Shown here: one piece after another, positions 54,041 to 64,000 of the stretch
Layout: each line of letters begins with the position of its first letter
How positions within the stretch are numbered: position 1 is the stretch's first letter
From: Glaucostegus cemiculus
Lineage: Eukaryota
NCBI GenBank assembly: GCA_976551045.1
Contig: CDPCPM010000026.1
Span: forward strand, 6,882,001-6,946,000
Direction: 5' to 3'
Length of the DNA stretch: 64,000 bases
The notes under the pieces: model-generated
What the model was told of the DNA's origin: nothing
Database searches by the model: none
What the model saw: only the letters and a program-made list of their open reading frames with translations
Translations under genes and position numbers: made by a program

Positions 54041-54912
54041 TAAGAATCAGAATCAGTTTATTGTCACTTTCATGTACACACACACAGCATACATGAAGGC
54101 GAGATATCGTACTCCACAGGCCAATGTGCAAAGATATTAAAGACAATAAAAGACAACAAGACAAAAAGATCAAAACATTGGAACCGCATGGAATTCGGTC
54201 TGCTGGTACAACACGTCTCCCAGAACCTCAACAGTATATCTCCCCCTCACCACCGCCTCACTGCATCTCCTCAGCCAGGTGGGCTGCAGTCCGACGACCA
54301 CCTCCAGCCCCGCAGTCCGACGGGCCCACAGACCAACAACCAACTCCGGCCCCACAGTCCGACGACCACCTCCGGCCCTGCAGTCCGACGGGCCCACAGA
54401 CCAATAACCAACTCTGGCCCCGCAGCCCGACGACCACCTCTGGCCTCACAGACCGACGGGCCCACAGACCAATAACCAACTCTGGCCCCGCAGCCCGACG
54501 ACCACCTCTGGCCTCACAGACCGACGGGCCCACAGACCAACAACCAACTCCGGCCCCGCAGTCCGACAACCAACTCCGGCCCCGCAGACCGACGGGCCCA
54601 CAGACCAACAACCAACTCCGGCCCCGCAGTCCAACAACCAACTCCGGCCCCGCAGACCGATGGGCCCGCAGACCAACAACCAACTCCGGCCCCGCAGTCC
54701 GACAACCAACTCCGGCCCCGCAGACCGACGGGCCCGCAGTCCAACAACCAACTCCGGCCCCGCAGACCGATGGGCCCGCAGACCAACAACCAACTCCGGC
54801 CCCGCAGTCCGACAACCAACTCCGGCCCCGCAGACCGACGGGCCCACAGACCAACAACCAACTCCGGCCCCGCAGACCGACGGGCCCACAGACCAACAAC
54901 CACAGATCAATT
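54041..54912 (-). mobile_element. Non-autonomous retroposon with internal VNTR and AATAAA-(CTGATT)n tail
   Basis: Minus-strand 3' end ...GTGACAATAAACTGATTCTGATTCT; CpG-rich body; flanked by TATTAAGAATC (54038-54048) and TATGAAGATTC (54913-54923), 9/11 identical. Confidence 0.7.
54286..54901. repeat. CpG-rich two-monomer minisatellite (26-nt and 16-nt units; 68-nt higher-order period)
   Basis: Parsed by hand: 17 x RCAGWCCRACAACCAACTCCGGCCCC-type, 10 x RCAGWCCGAYGGGCCC, plus a partial unit. Confidence 0.97.
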
Positions 54913-54953
54913 TATGAAGATTCTTTTCATAAATTTAGAAGAGTGTGTTAAAT

Positions 54954-55085
54954 AAAGCAAAGAACTGTAGCTGCTGGAAATCTGAATTAAAAACAGAAAA
55001 TGTGAGAAATACATAGCAAGTCAGACTGCATCAGTGGAGAGAGAAGCAGAATTAATATTTCAGGCTGATGACTTTTTGTCAGTAG
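54954..55085 (-). mobile_element. Penelope-like terminal fragment inserted in the Gypsy integrase
   Basis: Minus: CTGACAA..GTCATCAGCCTGAAATATTAATTCTGCTTCTCTCTCCACTGATGCAGTCTGACTTGCT...CAGATTTCCAGCAGCTACAGTTCTTTGCTTT. Confidence 0.8.
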
Positions 55086-58000
55086 ATGAAGTATGTCTGA
55101 CCATTTCAATAAAGGTGCCGAAATAATCACACATAATAAAGAGTGTATGGTCATGTATCGTACAAAGATCTGCATCAGCTTTGGTCCATAGTCTAGCCAT
55201 AATATCCTTACTTGACAACTTTCAAGTCATCAAATAATATCACACATCAGAATGCGTTTTAGTGCTCAGACATTATCCTATGCCAAAAGAGGCAACCTTG
55301 GACTCTACAAAAGAGCAACTGAAATTAGCCCCTAATGTATCACAGCTGGTGCCACAAGTTGTGTCCTTTTGACTATGATACTTCCTGATACATTTTGTTT
55401 ATCCCAAAAATCAAAATAAGGATGGAGGCACTCAGGCATCTCTAACATGACCTTAGGCCATCATTACTGAATAACAACTCTCAGTTGTTTCCGAACAGGA
55501 TAATCTGCAGCTGCATGGTTAGGCTGTTCCCCATGTACATTTCCTACTGGAAGTGTTTCACTGTGAGCAATTTCTTCCAGCTCACAGGTAAAATCACAGG
55601 TACTAATCTCTGGCAAGTATGTTCTGCCCAATAGATCTGCTGATATCGTCTTTTCTGTTATTTTGTTCATATCTTTCGAAGAGAATTTTTGTAATCACAG
55701 TAGCATTCTCTGGAGTCTCTTAGGTGTATTATTTAGTGGATTGAGAACAAATGCTCCCAGCAGTTGATAATCCGTTTCAACATTCACCCTCCATAAGTAT
55801 ATTGTTCAGACCTGTCACAGGAAAACATGCTGCTTGCCAAGAGCTTTCTTGATTTGTGCACGTTTCATCCATTAATGCTCTTGATACCTAGGTGACTATT
55901 TGTCAAATCTGTGTTGTTGTTATTCCACTTTATCTTTATTTAGCACAATTCAACACTCATACCCCCTTTGAAAAAATATCCAAACGCTTATTATAATTTT
56001 GAATGCTCAGCCTTTTTCCAACACTTAGAGTCAGAAATGGCTTCTATTTCCTAAAATTCTTCCAGTGACTTAGGCTTACTTTGAAAACTTCCAGCACAGA
56101 GGTGGTCCCAACAAGCACATACTGCCAGTGGTAACGTGCAAGAAGTGTAAAGTAGTTAAATATGAAGGCTATTCTTCTAAGCTCACATGGCAAAATCCAC
56201 TTTGAACACTTAACGTTTAGGAACATCTAGGAGCATTGTTATATCTTCTGTCTTAGAAGTAGATAATGTCTTAGAGTCATAGAGAGATACAGCATGAAAA
56301 TAGGCCCACTGACCCAGAGTCCACACTGACAATCAACTACGTATTCTACACTAACCCTACATTAAACACATTTATTTTTATTCTCCCCAGATCCTCTTCA
56401 ACTCTCCCCAGATCCTACCCCTCACTGATGCACAATGGTTTACAGTGGACAATTGTACCAATCGGCCTCTGTCTTTGTGATGCGAGAGGAAACCAGAGCA
56501 CCTGGAGGAAACCCACGCAGTCACAGGGAGAACTTGTAAATTCCACACAGACAGCACCAGAGGTCTGGATTGAACCCCTTGCCATTTGAGAATGCTTCTA
56601 CAAGCTGCACCACTGTGACACCCCTGTGCTATCTGTTAGTAATTATATTCAAGTCTTTTGGAACTAAACTCATGCCCAGTGATCTATTCTACTTAGATTT
56701 TGCTACCCTTGGACTGATCCAAGTAGTCACTGTTAGCAGGATGCAGTGTTTCCTCAAGCTCATCCCTTAAAGCCATTGGGGATAGAACCCATTTCACCAA
56801 ATCTACTGTTTCATCAAGCTTAATTGATGTGTTTTAAGTTGTCCAATTCTAACACTGAACACCTGAAGATATTTCTCCTTTAGACATTTTTTAATTACTG
56901 GTTCATAATCATCTATTACATATGTCATGACTCAGCAGATGGAATTTTATTAATTGCATTGTTACCATTATAAATGAATAAAACGCATACCCAAATATGC
57001 CTTTTTTCCCCCCCACAGCATACACCTTACATTATCCACAAACTGAACGTTTACATCTGTTCTTTAAGAGGAAGATAAAGCTACAATATGAGCTATGATT
57101 GCAAATTTAAAAGATTATACCTTTGCAATTTGAAACGCTTAGTGTTATGAGTACATTCCATTGAGCTCCTATATTTATTTGAAACCTCAAGTAGTTGTCC
57201 AGTGTTAATTCAAGTGCAACGCATTCCTAATCATCCAAACCAAAAGCACTGACATTGGTGATGACAAAAACTATTGTTCCTGGTTCCTATACAATGGTTG
57301 TGCCTGCCTGCTTATGACCAGATGATTCTCCTCCTCTGCAATTCTTTGCATGTTGATTTGGGCATTCGGCACCTAGATATTTTACCAAAGGCAGCTCCGT
57401 TCTCTCCTGCAAAATTCGTAGTTCCTCCCACAGTTCCTACATTCTGTAGCTCTTCAGGTTTTTTAACAGTAGGTTACAGTCTTTCTGACATGCCCGAAGA
57501 TTCACATTCTGTCCAGCTGACTGTCTGATGACTTTTAAGTTAAACCTCCATGCTCCTCCCTCCCCCACATGACAAATCTCTTTTTTTTCCTGCAAGGTCA
57601 AGCTTGTATCATCAAGCAATTTTTCTAGCACCCTCAGGTCTGCCATTCCAAACAGAAGACTGCCTCTGAGTACTTCTTCCAGTGTAAATTGCATGAAATT
57701 CACAAGCTTTGATATATAACAGCATTGTGAAAATTCACCGACGATAAGAATCAATCACATTTCGTCTTCTCCTGTTAAACTTTTAGCTCTCAAAATGTTA
57801 TTTTTGTGGTTGACAGTATTCAAAAAAGAGTTCCTCAGACAGGTATTAATCAGTCCAAGCAGAAAAATTCCTCGTGTTGCCACTTCGGTTTGTTTCATCT
57901 CCTGCCCAATTTCATCATAATAGCATCATTCTGCCAAGCTAATTCAAATATCCTCTAATTTCCTCCAACACTTTCATCACGTATTTGAGAGGTCATGGTG

Positions 58001-58130
58001 ATGGCTACGGTACTTCCATAACTAGCATGCACGCAGTTACGAGTTCAAATAACTTTCCGACAAAGCAACCATCTCCAAGATATTAACCAAAACAAATTAG
58101 GGGTTGTTTTAAACAATCACATCCACCATG
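55082..58130 (-). mobile_element. Decayed Ty3/Gypsy internal region (gag, RT, RNase H, integrase N-part)
   Basis: gag: GN*RIFELAWQN (~57950) and LEEVLRGSLLFGMADLRVLEKLLDDTSLTLQEKKEIC. RT: TTWISP..MSLVPKDLN, SGFCHVSLEE*PSYLTT, ARYHWQYVLVGTTSVLEVF. RNase H: VSRAL..AQIKK, ETDYQLL..PLNNTPKRLQRMLL, ADLLGRTYLPE. Integrase: PECLHPYFDF, ARLWTKADADLC..CDYFGTFIEM. Weak tRNA-Leu-like PBS at 58118-58128. Confidence 0.9.
56270..56625 (-). mobile_element. HE1/V-SINE nested in the Gypsy RT
   Basis: GAGGAAACCAGAGCACCTGGAGGAAACCCACGCAGTCACAGGGAGAAC...CACACAGACAGCACC..GGATTGAACCC (antisense box B); CR1-type tail at the left end. Confidence 0.92.
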
Positions 58131-58279
58131 CATTGATTTCTCTTTAATTATAAGCTTAGTCAACATCTGTTATCAAGTGAAATCAACATTTATTTGAAAG
58201 TAAAATGAAAGAACCAACTAAATTAAACAGAGGGAAAGCATACTTGACAAACAATATTCCTTTACTGCTTTCATAAACA

Positions 58280-59776
58280 TAGTCAAGAACTCTTTGGAAC
58301 AATGTGAATAAAGAGGACTTCATCAACCTCTGCAACAGTATGCAGTTGGCTGGTTATACATCTCATTACACAAGAGCTTCCCTGGTTTCTTTTCACAGCC
58401 TGGAATATATCCACGTTCAAAGATGCAAAACTCCTTAATACTTCCTCTCTTACCAAGTCTATACAATATTTCATACTTGTACTCTTTAACACAAAGGTGG
58501 CATTGTCCCTTCTGTTGTGAAGATAGCCATAAAATATTAAGAACCTCATAGATATCTTCCACCTCCATAAATAGTTTACCTTTATGGTCCCTCTTAGGCA
58601 CTAGTCTTGTTCTTCATACTCAGAAAACATTTTTGGATTATCTTTATTTTTTTATGATTTCTCCTTGTTTTCCTAATTTCCCGTCCTGTACTTTTTTGTA
58701 CTCTTTCAGGCTTTCTGTAACATTAAGTCTTGATGTGTGACACAAGCTTCCCTTTTTTGCCTTGTCTTACATTCTACACACTTTGATATCTGGGGAGTTC
58801 TTTCTCTAGCAGTCTTGCCCTTTGACTTTGCAGCTCCATATTCACTTTGAGCCCTTTAAGTCTCCTTTATGAAGGCAAGTCAGTGTTGGATCAGAAAGGC
58901 ATCCAAGGAGCTGTTTCCAATCACTTCCCAACCCTGCAAAATTGTTTTTTCCCTGTGACTAAAGATTCTAAATCTTTACTCCTGTTTTATCTTTCTCCTT
59001 TTCCATAACTACTTTAAATCTAACTGAATTATGATCACTACACTAAATGTACTAACTCACTGATAATCCTTCCACCTCTCCACCTTTATTCCTCAAAACT
59101 AAAACCAGAATTGCCCCTCATCAGGACCTTTTTATTGGGCTTGCTACTTATTAGCTACAAAGAATTATCCTGAATGCAGTTTAGTATTCCACCATTATTA
59201 CTGCCCTATTGTTTTTGCACTTGTCAGAAATGTGACTGCAGATATGCTTCCCCACCTCCCTCAGCTGTTTGGATGCCTGGGGTATAGTCACAGCAACAAG
59301 GGTGCTCCTTTTTGTATTTTTTAGTTCAAAATATATAGCCTCATTTCTAACATTTCATCTTTTCCCACAGCTGTAAGTACTTCTATAACCAATATTGTCA
59401 CTCATTTTTTTATTCCCCCCAACTCCACTCACCTGAAAGCCATATAATGAGGGATATTAAGCTCCTATTCCTGTCCCTTTTAAGCCATGTTTCATGAATA
59501 TTTAAAACATTATATTTCAATGTGCTTCAGCTCATCTGCTTTATTATACTGCTTTCATTTGGTGTATAAAATTAAGTACAGCCACAGTCCATTCTTTGTC
59601 TGTTTAGCAATCTTCATTTGTTCTGTATTCTAGATTCTCTCACTAATTGACTACCTTCCATTTCCTGCTCTGTTTTCCTTCCTTCTGAATATATCCTCAG
59701 CTTCCCATCACACTGCCAACATAATTTAAATTAGTTTGGACCTTCCACCAATATCACTAGCAAATGTACTCACAAG
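58280..59776 (-). mobile_element. Old CR1 LINE fragment (ORF1 end, APE endonuclease, linker)
   Basis: PKRDHKGKLFMEVEDIYEVLN (cf. GPL.D.KG.L..E.EDM.EVLN); NKADEL..ETWL endonuclease motif at ~59490-59550; ELKNTKRST..VT.P segment at ~59300. Confidence 0.8.
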
Positions 59777-59777
59777 T

Positions 59778-59949
59778 TACTGGTACTAGTATTGGTATTG
59801 GTTTATTATGGTCACTTGTACCGAGGTACAATGAAAAGCTTGTCTTACAAACCAATCGTACAGGTCAATTCATTAACACAGTGCAATTACATTGAGTTAG
59901 TACAGAGTGCATTGATGTAGTAGAGGTAAAAACAACAACAGTACAGAGT
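59778..59949 (-). mobile_element. Rex-Babar-type LINE 3' tail
   Basis: Minus ...TTTCATTGTACCTCGGTACAAGTGACCATAATAAACCAATACCAATAC, same architecture as the 63.3-kb copy. Confidence 0.75.
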
Positions 59950-60591
59950 TAAGGATACTGAATGATGCATTTGATTATGTGTGTATTGGTGTGCGCTTGT
60001 GTAGAGTCAGAGAACCTTGAATAAAACAGAGGTATTGCTTGGGCCTCTCTGTATTCCCTGTATATTACTCTGCATACTCTACATGTTATTTCGTCATAGG
60101 CCAGGAATTCACAGGAACATACAACATTGGCAATGAGGACAGAATAGAAAAACATTGTCTGGCCAAAGCAATGAAGTCATTGATTACCTTGAGCAAACTT
60201 ATACTCACAGTGATAGGGCAAGTCTGAAAATTCTTGATTAGTTACAGTAATTTCAAGGTGCACACAATGAAACAACCGGATTCAGGTTTAGACTCAAGCA
60301 CAGGAGAAATAAAAGTACAGAAAGCATTGGGCATAAACCTTGTAACTGTTAAAGTGGGAACAAGGTAAAACTTGGCAGATCAGACGCATTCGGCCTATAG
60401 CAAGAGCCTTTGCAGTTTGATGAAAATAGTTTTAATGTAGAATGGATAGAAATGTTCTTCAGGGCAAACACTATTGTTAAAATTGAGGACAGAGGTTGAA
60501 AGTGCACCTGTTCAAAAAGAAAACCATTACAAAAAGGTAAGAGATCCATCTTTCTTAATAGGGAAGAGTTCCACTATGTATGCATCTTTAC

Positions 60592-61260
60592 CAGACCTCC
60601 AATGACATGCAACGCAAAAAGGTGTTTCATCTCATTACTGTTGCTTCAGCTCCAAAATTCAGAACTCAAGCTTCTCCGGTTAATGCCACACCCTGCACTG
60701 ATGGTTGTCCAGGACATGGAAATTGTTCTGTAGTTCGGGTCAGGATGTGCTCTGCGTAGGTCTGTAGTGGCCTGCATGCTTCTATTAGATTAACTCACTT
60801 AGCAGAACTAAGTGGAGGGCCAGGATCAATATCCTCCCAAGCAAGTCAGCTGCAGCTGCTAGGGAGGGTTTAAATGAACTTGGCAGGGGGATGGGAAGCT
60901 GAGCAAAGATTCAAAAGAGAGACAAACAGAGCTGTAAATGGCAGACGGAAAAGCACCTTGAAATGCAGAGCAGACCAAGGTTGGAAAATAGCTCGGTTAA
61001 TTCTTCTGTTGCAAATTTGTGACAACAATTTGTTAAACATTTCTTTATTATCATGTATTAACTGCTTTTAAGCAAAAGACTTGGATAATGTGACTCAGAG
61101 CAAGAGATAAAATGCTTGAACCTTTAAAAAGACTTTTTTTTTAAATGGTTATTTTCTGCCCCTTCACTCCACTCGAAAAGCCGTCCTGCAAGTGCCACCT
61201 GCTGCCTCCCGTTATACACAAGCGTGGGTGGTGATTGCTACACCAGGCTATTTGTTTGTA
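60592..61260 (-). promoter_or_regulatory. Candidate promoter plus first non-coding exon, or a conserved non-coding element
   Basis: No recognisable repeats, CpG retained; minus-strand CATTTAAA (60869-60876); donor CTG|GTAAAG at 60592/60591; tandem CAGCTG E-boxes (~60847-60858), TGACTCA (~61092), GCGTGGGTG (~61222). Confidence 0.3.
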
Positions 61261-61659
61261 GGTTGAACTTCATCCAATTGCCATAGTGGCCATCTTCAAG
61301 TTGGATCCTTGAATAATGATTTTGAATGTGGCAAACCAGCTAGATACTTAGTTGTAAAGCTTCCTATTGGGTGATGCCTTTATCCATCATAGCCCCAACC
61401 ATCAACATGAATGCAGATTCAGGGCTTTTCATTTAAATTTTATATACTGATTAGATTATGAAAACATCAATTAGGCAAATAATCCAATGCACAATTTTCC
61501 CCATTCTGCTTATTGCTTACTCTCTGACATAACAAAATCATTAACATATTTTGTCATGGGAAATGCAAGCATTTGCTTAATATACCAACATTTATCCTAA
61601 AATGGAGAATCAGGTGATCTTCTACAATTTAAGTATAACCAATTCACCCTATATCTCAG

Positions 61660-61960
61660 TTTTAAGCTGACCCACCAGTGCATCCTGAAGGATTACAACA
61701 TTACTGAAGGGACTGGCTTTCATCTGAGACATTAAACTAAGAGCCCTCCTTCTGTTCTTTCGGTTTGGCGTGTCAGATTCTATGACACTATTTGGAAGGA
61801 CAACCCCTCGATCAACATCATTAAAACAGATTACCAGCTAGTTACCACATTGCTTTTTGTGGGAGCTTGCTATACTCAAATAGGCTGGCATGCTTCATAT
61901 ATATTGGTTGTAAAGTGCTTTGGGACATGCTGAGTTGTTGCTGTATAAATACAGATTTTT
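61660..61960 (+). mobile_element. Deu-domain SINE (SacSINE1/AmnSINE1-related)
   Basis: TGAGACATTAAAC, ATGACACTATTTGGAAG, CAACATCATTAAAACAGATTA, CACATTGCTTTTTGTGGGAGCTTGCT, ATTGGTTGTAAAGTGCTTTGGGAC. Confidence 0.88.
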
Positions 61961-63275
61961 TTCCCCTTTTAACAAATCAGAGACTAAAGGAAAATGCTTG
62001 TTCATTATGAGAACAAATAATATAGAAACAGTTGGGTACAATTTAATAAGAAGTTCTTATTGTTTTGCTGCTCTCCCAAGGTATATAAATTAAGCTGTTA
62101 GATCTCAGGCAATGACAGTAAAGTTTGTTAAACCTCTGAAAACATTATCCATCAAATGCATGCATGTGAAATGTAGACTCCTGTTGGGAGCTTGTGGTGC
62201 AAGGAGTAGTGAAGTAATGAAATGCTAATCAATCACAGCTGGTCAATTTAAAGCAGAATGTTTCCTCCTTTTGCCCAAAAGCTGCATATCTCAACAAAAA
62301 AAAAGATGTGTTCCCAGGGAGAAGAAAAACAATGCAATTCCAACCTGCTTAATTTTAAAGTTTTAACAAGCTCCAGTGCAAAGCTTATGTTTACTTATCA
62401 TTTGCATTGGGACTGAATGGGTGTCAATCTTCAATGCCAGGACTGATTAAAAGTGACATGGAGTAAAACAAAAATATCACAAGGACAACAAGCCATATTT
62501 ATTTACAGGCCTACAGACTATTTAAGCTTTGAAAGCAAGAGATCCCAGTAAAAAGTGACACCTCTTTCTACATTATACTCTAGGATTTAAAATCTCATTC
62601 CTGACACGCAATACTTCTGCTAAAGTTTTCAGTCTTGAGGAATAAAATTGTCAACATAACTGCAGCATTGGAATAGAAACAAAAAGCCAGTAGATGAAAA
62701 ACTTCTTTTTTGAAACTCATATATAATTTGTTTTTTTGATGTATTTTTAACTACCTGGATAGTTGACCAAGAAAATAAAAATCAAGAGGAGGTCTAACAG
62801 TACACGCAAACATATAAACTGTCTCATGATCCATCCACTAAATACAAAGCACTTGAAGATTTCTGCAGTAAGTGAATCAGCTAAAAGGGCTATTATCATT
62901 TCATGTCTGCACATAGTAAAAAAGCCAAGAATATGATTGATTGTGCAGAAGCAGTTAAAGGAGATACTAGTATATAGTGCAAGTCACCAGTTAGAAATGA
63001 GTAGAGAGTTCTAATTTATAGTTCAAGTACAAGTCTCCTCTTTGACAGATGCATAAGGAAATAAAATTCAGAAGAGACATTGAATGTACTGCTAATTAGG
63101 CATCACCTGTTTTGCACTATAGTACCCCAACCAGTTTGATTTTACCAAGGTTGGTGAGATATTCTTGCCACCAGTAAATTCTTCAGAACTTTCTCATTCA
63201 ACAGATATTAGTACATGTATGGAGTTTCTGATTCCCTTCCTGTAAAGTAACTGGTGGAGCAGGAGCTGCTCTACA

Positions 63276-63655
63276 AGTTTAGGTTCAGGTTAGTTTATTG
63301 TCATGTACATCAAGGTGTGATGAAAGTCCTTGGTTGCATGAAGCTACAAAGTAAACAATATACATAGTAATAATAAATACAACAACAAGTGGAAAAGAGC
63401 AGAATGATGCAAAGATCACAGTACAGCCTGAAGTATTGCAAAAAGAAATGCTGAAGTGGCAATAACAGAATAACTGAGAGAGATGGAATTAAGAGTCCAA
63501 GAATGTGGTAGCACTACTGAGAAAGGGCTGTGAAAGAAGTGATTGGTTCGGAAGTCTGGTAGCAGTGGGGAAGAAGCTGTTCATACGTCTGGAAATCTTG
63601 GCTTTCAAGCTCCTATATCTTCTACCAGAAGGTAGAAGAGAGAAAAGGATTGTCT
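63276..63655 (-). mobile_element. Rex-Babar LINE 3' end
   Basis: LFSLLPSGRRYRSLKAKISRRMNSFFPTATRLPN is the Rex1/Babar ORF2 C-terminus; 3' end GATGTACATGACAATAAACTAACCTGAACCT. Confidence 0.9.
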
Positions 63656-64000
63656 GGTGTATTATTTCCCCCTTTGACTTAAAATTGCAAAAGATGACCA
63701 ATTTACAACTGCATCAGAACAGGCAGTACCTTTTAAAAGAACATTTAATGGTAGCATTATCTCATTCATTGATAGGATTTGGCTCAAGTCCACAATTCCT
63801 CATTAAAGAGTTTATTAATCTGACTTCATTATCCATAATAAAGGACATGTTATGTGTTGGTCAATGGTCCTTCATAACATGTTAAATTTCCGCAGAGAGA
63901 TAGAAGGTAGACTGTGCCTCCAAAACTCTTTACCAGCAAACTCAAGACTGGCATGCAGAGAAGATGTTATCCAGTTTTCCTTGGTAAATGTGATGCAATA

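Larger units (their letters stand above)
53840..54950 (+). mobile_element. Inverted Gypsy integrase core segment, split by an insertion at ~54041-54912
   Basis: Plus-strand KEFQITYVRFRVADIP-NDNGPQLTSIE and HFQHVTTLTFISTKSNDKTKDVVKTIK (cf. FARFGIPD.LV.DNGPQF; F.H.TSSP.YPQSNGKAENAVKT.K), apparently resuming KILFINLEE at ~54916. Confidence 0.8.

Noticed and set aside
54286-54901. CRISPR-like array
   Set aside because: No unique spacers, no cas genes, vertebrate DNA; it is a pure tandem array.
54124-54955. Overlapping long ORFs (up to 275 aa) as a mucin- or collagen-like gene
   Set aside because: They arise from a stop-poor GC-rich VNTR, are open on both strands, and show no domain or splice context.

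Overview
AT-rich, CpG-depleted vertebrate genomic DNA, intronic or intergenic. The repeat content (HER1-type CR1 LINEs, HE1/V-SINEs, Deu-domain SINEs, L2, Rex-Babar tails, Penelope-like termini) points to a cartilaginous fish, probably a batoid; this is inferred from remembered repeat families, not a search. I found no intact host protein-coding gene: the listed ORFs are TE remnants, VNTR artefacts or chance. Main content: (1) a decayed Ty3/Gypsy element at 6096-9990 with both LTRs, PBS and PPT recognisable, RT/RNase H deleted and a nested CR1; (2) a PIF/Harbinger transposase relic at ~15.2-15.65 kb; (3) a second Gypsy relic at 53.84-58.13 kb whose integrase core is inverted between 24-bp inverted repeats and interrupted by a CpG-rich, VNTR-bearing non-autonomous retroposon; (4) many LINE/SINE fragments; (5) candidate minus-strand non-coding exons and promoter-like segments at 45-46, 51 and 60.6-61.3 kb; (6) a 72-nt pre-miRNA-sized hairpin at 3231-3302; (7) a 136-N gap. 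I cannot confidently claim a new biological system. The best leads are the composite VNTR retroposon, the integrase inversion, SINE tail swapping and the hairpin.
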